This document shows positions 8,331 through 17,764 of a stretch of DNA of 31,302 nt, in pieces; position 1 is the stretch's first letter; the number at the start of each line of letters is the position of its first letter. Below the pieces are notes generated by a model. It ran no database searches. It saw only the letters and a program-made list of their open reading frames with translations, and was not told where the DNA came from. The position numbers and the translations under genes are program-made. Source of the stretch: a virus (lineage: Duplodnaviria > Caudoviricetes); the IMG/VR virus record IMGVR_UViG_3300022862_000260, positions 1-31,302 of that record, one strand, 5' to 3'.

Positions 8331-9059
8331 GTGGCAGAAGAAAACGAAATCGACCTGGAAAATCCGGCAATCAAGGCCGCTATCGCGACTGCCGTTGAAG
8401 CATCCGTTTCCGGGCTGAAAACCAAGAACTCCGAGCTGCTGGGAAAGCTGAAAGAAACCACCGGCAAGCTGACCCAGTTCGAAACCCAGTTTGAAGGCCT
8501 GGACCTCAACGCCGTGAAAGGCCTGCTGACCAAAGCCGGCCAGGACGAAGAAACCAAGCTCCTGACCGAGGGCAAGATCGACGAAGTCTTCACCAAGCGC
8601 ACCGAGCGCTTGCGCGGTGACTTCGACAAGCAGCTCAAGGCCGAAAAGGATCGTGCCGACAAGGCCGAGTCCTTCGCAGAGAAGTTCCGGGACAAAGTCC
8701 TGGGCGACTCCATCCGCTCCGCCGCCATCAAGGCCGGGGCGCTGCCAGAAGCCGCAGACGACCTGATCCTGCGCGCCAAAGGCCAGTTCATGCTCAACGA
8801 AGAGGGCGAGGCCGTCGCTGTCGATAAGGAAGGCCAAGCCATCTTGGGCAAAGACGGTAAGACCCCTTTGACCCCGCTCGAATGGGCGGAATCTCTGCGC
8901 GAAAGCACGCCTCATCTGTGGCCAAGGGCTTCAGGAACCAATGCCCCGGGCGGGGGTGGCGGTAATGCCGCACTGAAGCGCTCCGAAATGACGTCTGTGG
9001 CCAAGCGTGAATTCATCACGAAAAACGGCCAGGACGCGTACCTGAAATTGCCCAAATAA
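8331..9059 (+). CDS. Capsid scaffolding protein
   Basis: Charged coiled-coil protein with Gly-rich C-terminal linker immediately before major capsid; GTG start 8331 after AAGGGG. Confidence 0.8.
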   Translation: MAEENEIDLENPAIKAAIATAVEASVSGLKTKNSELLGKLKETTGKLTQFETQFEGLDLNAVKGLLTKAGQDEETKLLTEGKIDEVFTKRTERLRGDFDKQLKAEKDRADKAESFAEKFRDKVLGDSIRSAAIKAGALPEAADDLILRAKGQFMLNEEGEAVAVDKEGQAILGKDGKTPLTPLEWAESLRESTPHLWPRASGTNAPGGGGGNAALKRSEMTSVAKREFITKNGQDAYLKLPK

Positions 9060-9070
9060 TGGAGTAACCC

Positions 9071-10018
9071 ATGGCGACTACCGTCAACTCGGACATGATC
9101 GTTTACAACGACCTTGCCCAAACCGCTTACCTGGAGCGCATCCAGGACGTGATCGATGTGTTCAACGCTTCTTCCAACGGCGCGCTGGTGCTGGACAACG
9201 AGCTGATCGAAGGCGACCTGCGCAAGCGCGCCTTCTACAAGCTGGGCGGTTCCATCGCCCACCGTGACGTCAATTCCACCGCCGCAGTAGCGGGCCAGAA
9301 GATTGGCTCGGGCGAAATGGTCGGTGTGAAGGTGCCTTTCAAGTACGGTCCGTACGAAACCACTGAAGAGGCCTTCAAGCGTCGTGCGCGCTCTCCGGAG
9401 GAGTTCTCTGAGCTCGTAGGGGTCGACTATGCCGATGCAGTGCTGGAAGGCTACATTCAGTACGCGATGGCAGCACTGAAGGCTGCTATCGGTGCCAACC
9501 CAAACATGGTTGCTGCCGCCAGTTTCGCCACCGATGGCAAGAAGGCCCTGACCAAGGGCATGCGCAAATTCGGTGATCGATTCGGCCGTATCGCGCTGTG
9601 GACCATGGACTCGGCAACCTATTTCGACATGGTCGACCAGGCCATCACCGAGAAGGTCTACGAGGAAGCCGGCGTTGTCATCTACGGCGGCCAGCCTGGC
9701 ACCATGGGTAAACCGGTTCTGGTATCGGACACCATCCCTTCGGAAACCATCTTTGGTCTGCAGGCTGGTGCCATCAAAATCACCGAATCCCAGGCTCCTG
9801 GCTTCCGCTCCTACCCGATCAACACCCAGGAAAACTTGGCGATGGGCTTCCGCGCTGAGGGTACTTTCAATCTGGACCTGCTGGGTTACAGCTGGAAGGA
9901 CACCACCGGTGGCGTGAATCCGAACCTGGCGGCGATTGGTGCTGGTGCTAACTGGACCAAGTACGCTACCAGCGACAAGGTCACCGCCGGCGTCCTGATT
10001 GACCTGTCCGCGCCTTAA
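9071..10018 (+). CDS. Major capsid protein
   Basis: 315 aa, strong GGAG RBS, highly biased codons, position after scaffold; followed by hairpin near 10037-10057. Confidence 0.9.
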   Translation: MATTVNSDMIVYNDLAQTAYLERIQDVIDVFNASSNGALVLDNELIEGDLRKRAFYKLGGSIAHRDVNSTAAVAGQKIGSGEMVGVKVPFKYGPYETTEEAFKRRARSPEEFSELVGVDYADAVLEGYIQYAMAALKAAIGANPNMVAAASFATDGKKALTKGMRKFGDRFGRIALWTMDSATYFDMVDQAITEKVYEEAGVVIYGGQPGTMGKPVLVSDTIPSETIFGLQAGAIKITESQAPGFRSYPINTQENLAMGFRAEGTFNLDLLGYSWKDTTGGVNPNLAAIGAGANWTKYATSDKVTAGVLIDLSAP

Positions 10019-10069
10019 TCGGCGTTCATTCCACCTGGCGGTCCGCTGTGGGCCGCCTTGGAGATTTTC

Positions 10070-10378
10070 ATGGAACTGACTTACTCTGCGCAGACGTCGG
10101 ATTTTGATCCGGATAAGCGCTATCGCAACCCGCAGTACTTCGACAAACCAGAATCCGGCGTGACCAAAGTCACTGTGGTGGGAGATTGGCCTGCCGTTGT
10201 CGAGGCTTATAAAGCTGCCAAGGTCGATGTAGATGTCATCGAGGCCGGCGGTTCTGCTGAGACTGACCCGGCAAAAATGGGCGTAGCCGATCTGCGTGCG
10301 TGGCTCACCGCTCAGGGCATCGAGTTCGATCCGAAAGCCCCGAAAGCAGAAATCCAGAAACTCATCCCAGCGAGCTGA
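10070..10378 (+). CDS. Small head-associated protein with HeH/LEM-like C-terminus
   Basis: KMGVADLRAWLTAQGIEFDPKAPKAEI HeH-type motif; start ATG 10070 after GGAG. Confidence 0.7.
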   Translation: MELTYSAQTSDFDPDKRYRNPQYFDKPESGVTKVTVVGDWPAVVEAYKAAKVDVDVIEAGGSAETDPAKMGVADLRAWLTAQGIEFDPKAPKAEIQKLIPAS

Positions 10379-10381
10379 TTC

Positions 10382-10885
10382 ATGACTCTCATCATCGAGG
10401 ACGGTACCGGCAAGCCTGACGCCGAAAGCTACGCGAGCGCTGCGGATCTCGTCATGTACGCCGGCAAGTTCGGCGTGACCATCCCTGCGGACGAATCAGT
10501 GCAGGAAGCGTTGCTGCGCCGGGCTGCCTTGGCGATGGATGGCAAGACTTGGAAAGGCCGCAAGATGAGCAGTGGTCAGGCATTGGCCTGGCCGCGCCGG
10601 GGTGTTGAGCTGGACTGCGAGATCAAGCCAGACAACTACCTACCGGCGCGCATCCAGTATGGCCAGATGGCATTGGCGGCCGAGATCCACGCTGACGACA
10701 TCGACCCAATCGAAAAGCGTAAAGGCGCTGTGACGCTGGAGCGTGTAGAGGGCGCGGTAACTCGCGAGTACGCGACGATCCCAAACACCAGCGGCCGACT
10801 GCTACCGGCGGCGCCTGACCGACCGAGTGCTACGCAGTTTGCCGACTACCTACAGAAGCGCGGATTGTTCGCAGTTCGGGCGTGA
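10382..10885 (+). CDS. Head-tail adaptor (often annotated DnaT-like)
   Basis: MTLIIEDGTGKPDAESYAS...QALAWPR motif; position. Confidence 0.8.
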   Translation: MTLIIEDGTGKPDAESYASAADLVMYAGKFGVTIPADESVQEALLRRAALAMDGKTWKGRKMSSGQALAWPRRGVELDCEIKPDNYLPARIQYGQMALAAEIHADDIDPIEKRKGAVTLERVEGAVTREYATIPNTSGRLLPAAPDRPSATQFADYLQKRGLFAVRA

Positions 10886-10887
10886 CG

Positions 10888-11193
10888 CTACATTCCGAGG
10901 TCATTCTCAAGCAGCTCTGCTTTAAAAATCTTCAAAAGTGATTCATCGCTACTCCCTTTGATAGCGGCGGCCAGTACCGTTATGGGAATGGGAGAGAAAT
11001 TACCAGCGGTGGGCACATATCTGTCCTGAATGTCCTTCGTTAAACATTCAGCTCTGGTTCCGCGCAGTACCAGTCGTATCCGTTCCCGCAACGACATCCT
11101 ATACGGGAACTCCGCAAAGCGACCCTGATCAATCGACTTTTCGAGATGCGAGATCGCCTCGAGCAAATACGCTCCTTTTTCTTGATTATTCAT
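10888..11193 (-). CDS. Hypothetical antisense moron protein, 101 aa
   Basis: ATG at 11193 with AAGGAA RBS (MNNQEKGAYLL...); AT-rich; fills the gap between two head-tail genes. Confidence 0.7.
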   Translation of the reverse strand: MNNQEKGAYLLEAISHLEKSIDQGRFAEFPYRMSLRERIRLVLRGTRAECLTKDIQDRYVPTAGNFSPIPITVLAAAIKGSSDESLLKIFKAELLENDLGM

Positions 11194-11215
11194 CCGTTTT
11201 CCTTGAGTAAATTCC

Positions 11216-11584
11216 ATGACCTTCTACGACGAAATGGCCGTGATGGCTCTGGAGATGATTACAGAGTTCGGCCAGCCTGTGACCATTAGCAAGGCGGAGC
11301 CGGGTGAATACGACCCGGAGAAAGGCGGCGAAACGCCGGGCGCAACCATCGAGCAAATGGCCCAGGGCATCCTGCTCGACTTCACTGGCCAGGAATTCCA
11401 AACCAACAGCCTCATCAGGCAGGGCGACAAGAAGCTCAAGATCGCCGCGCAGGGGCTGGAGTGGGTGCCGGATCTGCTGGACAAGGTGATCGTTCAGGGG
11501 CGCACTTGGTCAATCGTGCCTCCGATGAAAGAGATCAATCCCGCGGGTACACCGATCCTGTATGAGTTGCAGGTGCGGTCATGA
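11216..11584 (+). CDS. Head closure / stopper protein
   Basis: GEYDPE...IRQGDKKL...YELQVR pattern and position. Confidence 0.75.
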   Translation: MTFYDEMAVMALEMITEFGQPVTISKAEPGEYDPEKGGETPGATIEQMAQGILLDFTGQEFQTNSLIRQGDKKLKIAAQGLEWVPDLLDKVIVQGRTWSIVPPMKEINPAGTPILYELQVRS

Positions 11585-12177
11585 GCCGGGCGGGCGCTGG
11601 CCAGCCCGGCAGCTTTGCCCTGAGCCTGGCTGAGTTCGCTGCCCAGACTGGTGAAGCCATCGACGCCAGTGTGCGCGAGATCATCATCGAAGTTGGCACA
11701 AGCCTGATCCGCATGTCTCCCGTGGGTAACCCGGAGATATGGGCTCAGAACGTTGTGGCAACTCAGTACAACAAGGCCGTCGACGACTACAACGCCGAGC
11801 TGCGCAGTGACCCTGCCAATCTCACCAAGGGCGGCAGGCTCAAGAAAGGCCGCAAGTTGAACGACGAGATGGACATCATCGCCCCGGAAGGCTACGTCGG
11901 CGGCCGGTTCCGCGCGAACTGGCACATCTCCCTTGGCGTGGTCGAGAGCGTCACCTTCGACGAGGTTGACCCAAGCGGCGCCGAGACTGTCGCTGCACTG
12001 GTGGCCGCGATGAGCGACTTCACCGCCGGGCAGATGGCCTACGTCATCAACAATTTGCCTTACGCGATCCCGCTGGAGTTCGGCCATTCCAAGCAGGCAC
12101 CCGGCGGCATGGTCCGCATCACCGTGGCCCGCTTCCAGCAGATCGTGCTGGAGGCAATCAGGAACAACCAGGTATGA
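11581..12177 (+). CDS. HK97 gp10-like tail completion / neck protein
   Basis: SPVG...GGRFRANW...NNLPYAIPLEFGHSKQAP motif. Confidence 0.85.
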   Translation: MSRAGAGQPGSFALSLAEFAAQTGEAIDASVREIIIEVGTSLIRMSPVGNPEIWAQNVVATQYNKAVDDYNAELRSDPANLTKGGRLKKGRKLNDEMDIIAPEGYVGGRFRANWHISLGVVESVTFDEVDPSGAETVAALVAAMSDFTAGQMAYVINNLPYAIPLEFGHSKQAPGGMVRITVARFQQIVLEAIRNNQV

Positions 12178-12590
12178 GCCACAAGATCATCCGCACTTTG
12201 CTGGAGTCGCGCCTGAAGGCCTGGGCGGCGGCCCGAACGCCTGCGTTGCGCATCGCCTACCAGAACGTGCCATTCACCCCGAACAGCGGTGAAACGTACC
12301 TCAGGGCGTTCCTTCTACCAGCCGGAACCGACAGCAATGACTTGGCCGGCGAGCATCGGCTCTACACCGGTCTATTTCAAATCACCATCGTAACGCCGAC
12401 AGGCAATGGTTCTGGCGGTGCCGAGACGATTGCCGATGAACTTGCCGCGCTGTACCCGTTGAACGATCGTCTAATCCGTGACGAGCTAACGGCTTTGATC
12501 ATGACTCCTGTTGAGCCAGGCCCCGAGCAGACTGAGGACACAGCCTTCACCCTGCCGGTGTCCTTCCAGTACCGCGCCGAAACCTACTGA
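12174..12590 (+). CDS. Tail terminator-like protein (DUF4128-like)
   Basis: IAYQNVPFTP...GLFQITIVTP; position before tail tube. Confidence 0.8.
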   Translation: MSHKIIRTLLESRLKAWAAARTPALRIAYQNVPFTPNSGETYLRAFLLPAGTDSNDLAGEHRLYTGLFQITIVTPTGNGSGGAETIADELAALYPLNDRLIRDELTALIMTPVEPGPEQTEDTAFTLPVSFQYRAETY

Positions 12591-12636
12591 TCCCCTAGAG
12601 TACAATCCCATTACAGATTGGTAGGGCGGACCGGCG

Positions 12637-12897
12637 ATGGACGAAAATAGGAAGCAACGTCTTCAGTATCTGAGCGAGTTGGTAGATGACCACTGCTATC
12701 GGAATCGTGAGGAAATCAGCGAGAGCGAAAGGTGCCTTTGTACTGGCTGCGGCGCATGGCTGAAACCTGAAGAGATCATCAAGTGGTACGAGGATCGGCA
12801 TGCTTGCTGCCCCATTTGCGGGCTCACAGGCGTCGTCGTCGGTTCAAAGTCTGGAATCCCACTAGACGAGGTTCGTAGCAATATGGAACTTGAATAG
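12637..12897 (+). CDS. Small Cys/His zinc-binding protein (moron), 86 aa
   Basis: H...CLCTGC...CCPICG motifs; TACAAT -10-like hexamer at 12601-12606; terminator after. Confidence 0.75.
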   Translation: MDENRKQRLQYLSELVDDHCYRNREEISESERCLCTGCGAWLKPEEIIKWYEDRHACCPICGLTGVVVGSKSGIPLDEVRSNMELE

Positions 12898-12930
12898 CAC
12901 CAAACAAATTCGCCCGTTGGGCAACCCCGG

Positions 12931-12953
12931 AACCCGCCATTGAGCGGGTTTTG
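12931..12953 (+). terminator. Intrinsic terminator
   Basis: AACCCGC-cattga-GCGGGTTTT; nearly identical to 29061-29086. Confidence 0.7.
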
Positions 12954-12977
12954 TCATTTCTGCACAGAGGAAAACCC

Positions 12978-13649
12978 ATGTCTGTTTATTTCCCCAACGG
13001 GGCAACACTTTCGATTTCCAGCGGATTCGCTGCCGCCAAGCTGATTTCTTCAATCAGCAACGCGAACCCGGGTGTCGCTACTAGCGCCGCAAACGGCTTC
13101 GCCAATGGCGATATCCTTCTTATCACTTCCGGCTGGGAGGACATCAATGAGCGAGCCGTCCGTGTATCCAACGCGGCCGCTGGAGCATTCACCCTGGAAG
13201 GCATCGACACCTCCAACGTGGCTTTCTTCCCGGATGGCATCAGTGGAGGTACCGCGAAGAAAGTTACTGGTTGGGTAGCGGTCAATCAGGTGATCGGTAA
13301 CTCGATGTCCGGCGGCGAGCAGCAGTACTGGACTTACGCGCCGCTCGAGGCGCGCCGCGACAAGCAGATCCCGACCACCAAAAATGCGCAGGCGTTCGCC
13401 TTCCAACTGGCTGACGACGACAGCCTGGCTTGGTACGAAGAGCTCGATAAAGCCGACCGCGAAAAGGAAGTGCGGATTCTGCGTATGTCGCTGCCCAACG
13501 GCAAAACGATCTACTACGCCGGCTACGCCTCTTTCAACAAAACCCCCACGCTGGTGCGAAACGAAGGCGCGGCGGTCTCCTTTGGCTTCACCATCAACGC
13601 TGAAATCACCGCCTATCGCGCTCCTGTAGTTGCCGGCGGCGGGGCTTAA
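12978..13649 (+). CDS. Tail tube (major tail) protein
   Basis: MSVYFPNGATLSI...SGGEQQY motif; ATG 12978 after GAGG; precedes chaperones and tape measure. Confidence 0.85.
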   Translation: MSVYFPNGATLSISSGFAAAKLISSISNANPGVATSAANGFANGDILLITSGWEDINERAVRVSNAAAGAFTLEGIDTSNVAFFPDGISGGTAKKVTGWVAVNQVIGNSMSGGEQQYWTYAPLEARRDKQIPTTKNAQAFAFQLADDDSLAWYEELDKADREKEVRILRMSLPNGKTIYYAGYASFNKTPTLVRNEGAAVSFGFTINAEITAYRAPVVAGGGA

Positions 13650-13651
13650 TC

Positions 13652-14032
13652 ATGGCGAAGTTCAAGATTGCCCAAGCGCCGACCTTCTCGGGCACGGTGA
13701 TGGTCCCCGTAGTTGGCCAAGATCCGGTGAAGGTTGAATTCACCTTCAAATACCGAAACCGGATTGAGCTGGCGGCGCTATTCGATGAGTGGAACCAGCG
13801 TCGGAAGGAGGGTCTAGATCGGTTCGGCGACAAGCCTACCGTGTCCGAAATTGTTGCAGTCGACACCGAAAACCAGATGCAGCAAATCAAGGATCTGGTT
13901 GTTGGCTGGGAGTTCGACGACGAGTTCAACGACGAGGGAATCAAGGCGCTGGTGACCTCGTGCCACGGAACAACCGAGGCTGTTGTAGATGCTTACCAGG
14001 CTGCTTACGCCAAGGCCCGCACGGGAAACTGA
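13652..14032 (+). CDS. Tail assembly chaperone (lambda gpG-like)
   Basis: MAKFKIAQAPTF...GWEFDDEF; ends in slippery site. Confidence 0.85.
   Translation: MAKFKIAQAPTFSGTVMVPVVGQDPVKVEFTFKYRNRIELAALFDEWNQRRKEGLDRFGDKPTVSEIVAVDTENQMQQIKDLVVGWEFDDEFNDEGIKALVTSCHGTTEAVVDAYQAAYAKARTGN
14023..14029 (+). other. Programmed -1 ribosomal frameshift site G GGA AAC
   Basis: X XXY YYZ heptamer just before TGA; the -1 frame stays open to 14352 (GKLIRAARALY...). Confidence 0.85.
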
Positions 14033-14352
14033 TTCGCGCCGCCCGCGCCCTGTATGAGCCTCCTCCCAATGCGGAGCAGCTTGCCGCATTTGGCTGGGAC
14101 GCTGAGGACGTAGAGGAAGAGTTTGAGATTTGGCCATGTCTTTGGTCTGCCTTCCTCCTGTTCAACAGGATGTCCACTCAATGGCGTGCCGGCGCCGGCG
14201 GCGCAATCGGTCTCGACTACAGCTGCATCCGCGACGTGGCCGGCTTCCTCGGCATCAAGAAGAAAAAACTCGCTGAAATCTTCCCTGACCTGCAGGTATT
14301 GGAAGGCGAAGCCCTGCGCGTTATGGCGGAGGAAAGGGAAAACAGCCCGTAA
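14023..14352 (+). CDS. gpT-like C-terminal part of the frameshifted G-T chaperone (DUF1799-like)
   Basis: STQWRAGAGGAIGLDY...LQVLEGEAL motif; no own RBS/ATG; -1 frame relative to upstream gene. Confidence 0.8.
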   Translation, partial: GKLIRAARALYEPPPNAEQLAAFGWDAEDVEEEFEIWPCLWSAFLLFNRMSTQWRAGAGGAIGLDYSCIRDVAGFLGIKKKKLAEIFPDLQVLEGEALRVMAEERENSP

Positions 14353-14379
14353 CCCCGGGCACTTATTCAAGGTGAGTCG

Positions 14380-17300
14380 ATGAACATTGCAGAACTCGGC
14401 GTCAAGATCGACTCGGCCGATGCAATCCAGGCGAAAACTAGCCTGGATGAAATGGCGAAGGCCGGCGGCCGGGCCGAGCAGTCCGCCGTTTCGCTGATGA
14501 ACGAAATGCAGGCGCTGGAGAAGTCGCTGTCCACCAGTACTAAAACCACCCAGGACCTGGCGAAACAGCGTGACGCGCTGGCGAAGCTGACCAAGACAGG
14601 CGCCTATGGAGAGGCTGAGGCCGCGAAGATCTCGGCGCAGCTCGACAAGCAGCAGGTAGCCCTGGCGAAGTCGGCCATGGATGAGCAAAAGGCCCTGAAC
14701 AGCCTGCTGGGTGCCATTGATCCTGCTCGTGCTGCGCTGGCCAAACTGGATACACAGGTTGAGCAACTGGGCAAGCACCTAGACGAGGGTCGAATCAGCC
14801 AGGAGCAGTACAACAGCGCCCTGGCCAAGATAGACAAGGATTACGGAAAACTCGAAAAAACCACCACGGGCTTCGACAAACTGCGCCTCGGTACCCGCCA
14901 GGCTCAGGAAAACGTCGTACAGCTGGGGAATGCACTGTCCTCCGGTGACTGGGGGAGCGGTGTTCGGGCTGTTGCCCAGTTGGGTGCTGGGGCTGGGGCA
15001 TCAGCTGCTGGACTTCTGGCTATTATCGCCCCCATCGCGCTGGCCACTGCTGCCATGGGTGGCTTGGCGGTTTCCTACTACAAGGGCAGAAAGGAACAGG
15101 ACAGCTACAACGAGTCGTTGATACTGACCGGCAACTATGCTGGGGTCAGTGCCGGACAGTTAGGCGACATGGCCCGTCAGGTCGGTGCAACTGTTGGCAC
15201 TACCGGGCAGGCCGCAGCGGTCCTGGACATGCTGGCCGGCAAGGGCAAGATCGCCGGCGATAGTTTTGCCGGAATCACCCAGGCCGCCGTATCAATGCAA
15301 GAGGCTACCGGCAAGGCGGTAAGCAACACAGTTGCCGAATTCGAAAAGCTCGCCGACGACCCCGTCAAAGCTTCTGCGGCGCTGAATGAGCAGTATCACT
15401 ACCTGACTGCCTCGGTTTATTCGCAGATCGCTGCGCTGGAGAAGCAGGGGGACCACGCGGGTGCCGTGAAGCTGGCCACCGAGTCGTTCGCCGATGCAAT
15501 CAATGAGCGCACGCCCCGAATCCTGGAGAACCTGAGTTTCTGGGAAAAAGGGTACAACGCAGTTGCCCGCGCCGCCGATAGCCTGAAGAACATTGGCCGC
15601 AGCAATATTGGCGCTGATATCGAACAGGCTCGACGGGATTTGGCCCAAGCGCAGAGCGGTGACGTCGGCCTGTTCCAAAACAAGCAGGAGATGATCGACC
15701 TCTACTCGAATCGTCTCAACATGCTGGAAGACCAAAAGGCTGCAGAAGCTGACATCGCCAAGTGGGAGGGGGAGCAGGCGAAAGCCCAGGGTGACGCCGT
15801 ATCGTCGATGACGAAAATCGACGCTTTGACTAAATCCGCATGGACGAACGAGCAGAAGCGCAACGAGGCAATCAAGGAGTACAAGCGGCAACTCGAAGAC
15901 ATCCGCAAGGTTGCGCCGAACGACCCGCGCCTGAATCAGGCGGCGATCGACAAGAACCTGGCGAACATCAACGACCAATTCAAGGATTCGAAGGCCGCCG
16001 GAACCCCGGTCGATTTGACCGGCTTCAACAATGCCAAGAACAGCCTGGCAGCCATCAGCGAGGAGTACAAAAACGCCCAGAAGGAACTGGACGCAGCGCA
16101 GAAAGCAGGACTCGTCTCGCAGGCTGACTACGCCTTAAAGCGAGAAGCACTGATCGGGAATGAGCGCGACGAAGTAACCGCGGCCTACGAGGCGGAGATT
16201 GCGGCTCTGGAGGCGGCCAAGAGCAAGAAGACCACCACTGCCGCGCAAAGCATCCAGCTGGATCGGAAGATCGCTGATGCGCGTGCTGGGATGGTCAAGG
16301 CGCAAAAGGATGCGGATAGCCAGCTTGAAGTATTGGCTACCAACGAAACCGGGCGACTCGCCAAGCAGGAGCGGGCGATCAGTTCCTACGTCCAGGCGCT
16401 GGGCCAGCAGCAGCGAACCCTAGAGCTGGCTGGCCAGCGTGCCGTGCTTGGCGTAGGCCAGGGAGATCGCCAGAACGCGCTGAACGGTGAATTGAACAGC
16501 CAGCAAGACCGGTTCGCCCAGCAGGCGCTGGAACTTGAAAACCAGCGCTCCGACCCTTCGCGAAACATGTCGGATGAGGAGTTCACTCGCAAGTCCCAGG
16601 CTCTCGCAGACGCGAACAAAAAAGCCACTGATCAAATCCGCCAGAACTATGCAGATGTTGAAGCCGCACAGGGCGATTGGACTAAGGGCGCGACATCGGC
16701 CTGGGCTAACTACCTGGATTCGGCGCGCAACATTGCCGGCCAGACGAAGGCCCTGTTCGGGAACGCCTTCAGCTCGATGGAAGATGCCGTTGTCAACTTC
16801 GCTACGACCGGGAAGGGATCGTTCTCGGAATTCACCAAGTCGGTATTGGCTGATATGGCTCGCATCGCGGTTCGGCAGGCCAGCTCCCAAGCGATGAGTG
16901 CGCTCTTCGGTCTTGCCGCTTCTGCAGCTGGATCGTATTTCGGTGGTGGTGCGACATCGGCCGGTTCAACCCAGGCCGGCTACTCTGGCGACCTATCCGG
17001 TTTCACCCCTGGCAGCATTCAGGCCAAGGGCGGCGCTTGGGCGGGTGGTGTGCAGATGTTCGCCAATGGCGGCGCTTTCTCCAACTCGGTGGTCAGTAAA
17101 CCAACAGCCTTCGGGATGTCTGGTGGACAGACGGGAGTGATGGGGGAGGCTGGCCCCGAGGCAATCATGCCACTGACCCGCACCTCTAGCGGCAAGCTGG
17201 GCGTCATGGCTATGGGCGGCGGTGCTGGTGCAACTCAGATCAATGTCGAAGTGCATATAGATGGTGACGGCAACGCATCGTCCTCGGCAGACGCGCCTGG

Positions 17301-17415
17301 CTACGACCTGTTCGGCAAGGAGCTGGCGACGTTCGTGGAGCAGAAGTATCAGGAGCTGCGCAGCAAGGACATGCGCCAAGGCGGCGTGATTAACAATGCA
17401 ATCAAGGGGCGATGA
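14380..17415 (+). CDS. Tail tape measure protein, 1011 aa
   Basis: Long Ala-rich helical protein; lambda H-like DDPVKAS..LNEQYHYL and C-terminal MGEAGPEAIMPL. Confidence 0.95.
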   Translation: MNIAELGVKIDSADAIQAKTSLDEMAKAGGRAEQSAVSLMNEMQALEKSLSTSTKTTQDLAKQRDALAKLTKTGAYGEAEAAKISAQLDKQQVALAKSAMDEQKALNSLLGAIDPARAALAKLDTQVEQLGKHLDEGRISQEQYNSALAKIDKDYGKLEKTTTGFDKLRLGTRQAQENVVQLGNALSSGDWGSGVRAVAQLGAGAGASAAGLLAIIAPIALATAAMGGLAVSYYKGRKEQDSYNESLILTGNYAGVSAGQLGDMARQVGATVGTTGQAAAVLDMLAGKGKIAGDSFAGITQAAVSMQEATGKAVSNTVAEFEKLADDPVKASAALNEQYHYLTASVYSQIAALEKQGDHAGAVKLATESFADAINERTPRILENLSFWEKGYNAVARAADSLKNIGRSNIGADIEQARRDLAQAQSGDVGLFQNKQEMIDLYSNRLNMLEDQKAAEADIAKWEGEQAKAQGDAVSSMTKIDALTKSAWTNEQKRNEAIKEYKRQLEDIRKVAPNDPRLNQAAIDKNLANINDQFKDSKAAGTPVDLTGFNNAKNSLAAISEEYKNAQKELDAAQKAGLVSQADYALKREALIGNERDEVTAAYEAEIAALEAAKSKKTTTAAQSIQLDRKIADARAGMVKAQKDADSQLEVLATNETGRLAKQERAISSYVQALGQQQRTLELAGQRAVLGVGQGDRQNALNGELNSQQDRFAQQALELENQRSDPSRNMSDEEFTRKSQALADANKKATDQIRQNYADVEAAQGDWTKGATSAWANYLDSARNIAGQTKALFGNAFSSMEDAVVNFATTGKGSFSEFTKSVLADMARIAVRQASSQAMSALFGLAASAAGSYFGGGATSAGSTQAGYSGDLSGFTPGSIQAKGGAWAGGVQMFANGGAFSNSVVSKPTAFGMSGGQTGVMGEAGPEAIMPLTRTSSGKLGVMAMGGGAGATQINVEVHIDGDGNASSSADAPGYDLFGKELATFVEQKYQELRSKDMRQGGVINNAIKGR

Positions 17416-17753
17416 TGGCTATCGAACGATTCAACTGGGCGATGGAGAAAGGCGCAGAGGGCGATATCGTCCAGCGCGTCCGCTCCAAGAAGCTCGGCGA
17501 CGGGTACGAGCAATCAGTCGAGGATGGGATCAACAACCGGTCGCAATCCTGGCCGGTTACCTTTACCGGCCTGAAGCCGCGCATCAAGGAAATTATGGAC
17601 TTCATCGACCGACACAAAGGGGCGAAGGGCTTTCTCTGGGAACCGCCCCTTGGCGAGCTGGGACTCTACAAGTGTACCGGGTACAAGCCGGTTCACCGCG
17701 GGGGCCAGGTCTACGCCATCACCGCTACCTTCGAACAAACTTTTCACCCTTGA
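17412..17753 (+). CDS. Minor tail protein M-like (distal tail)
   Basis: GDGYEQ..DGINN...FIDRHKGAKGFLW...ATFEQ. Confidence 0.9.
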   Translation: MMAIERFNWAMEKGAEGDIVQRVRSKKLGDGYEQSVEDGINNRSQSWPVTFTGLKPRIKEIMDFIDRHKGAKGFLWEPPLGELGLYKCTGYKPVHRGGQVYAITATFEQTFHP

Positions 17754-17764
17754 GATAACCGCCC

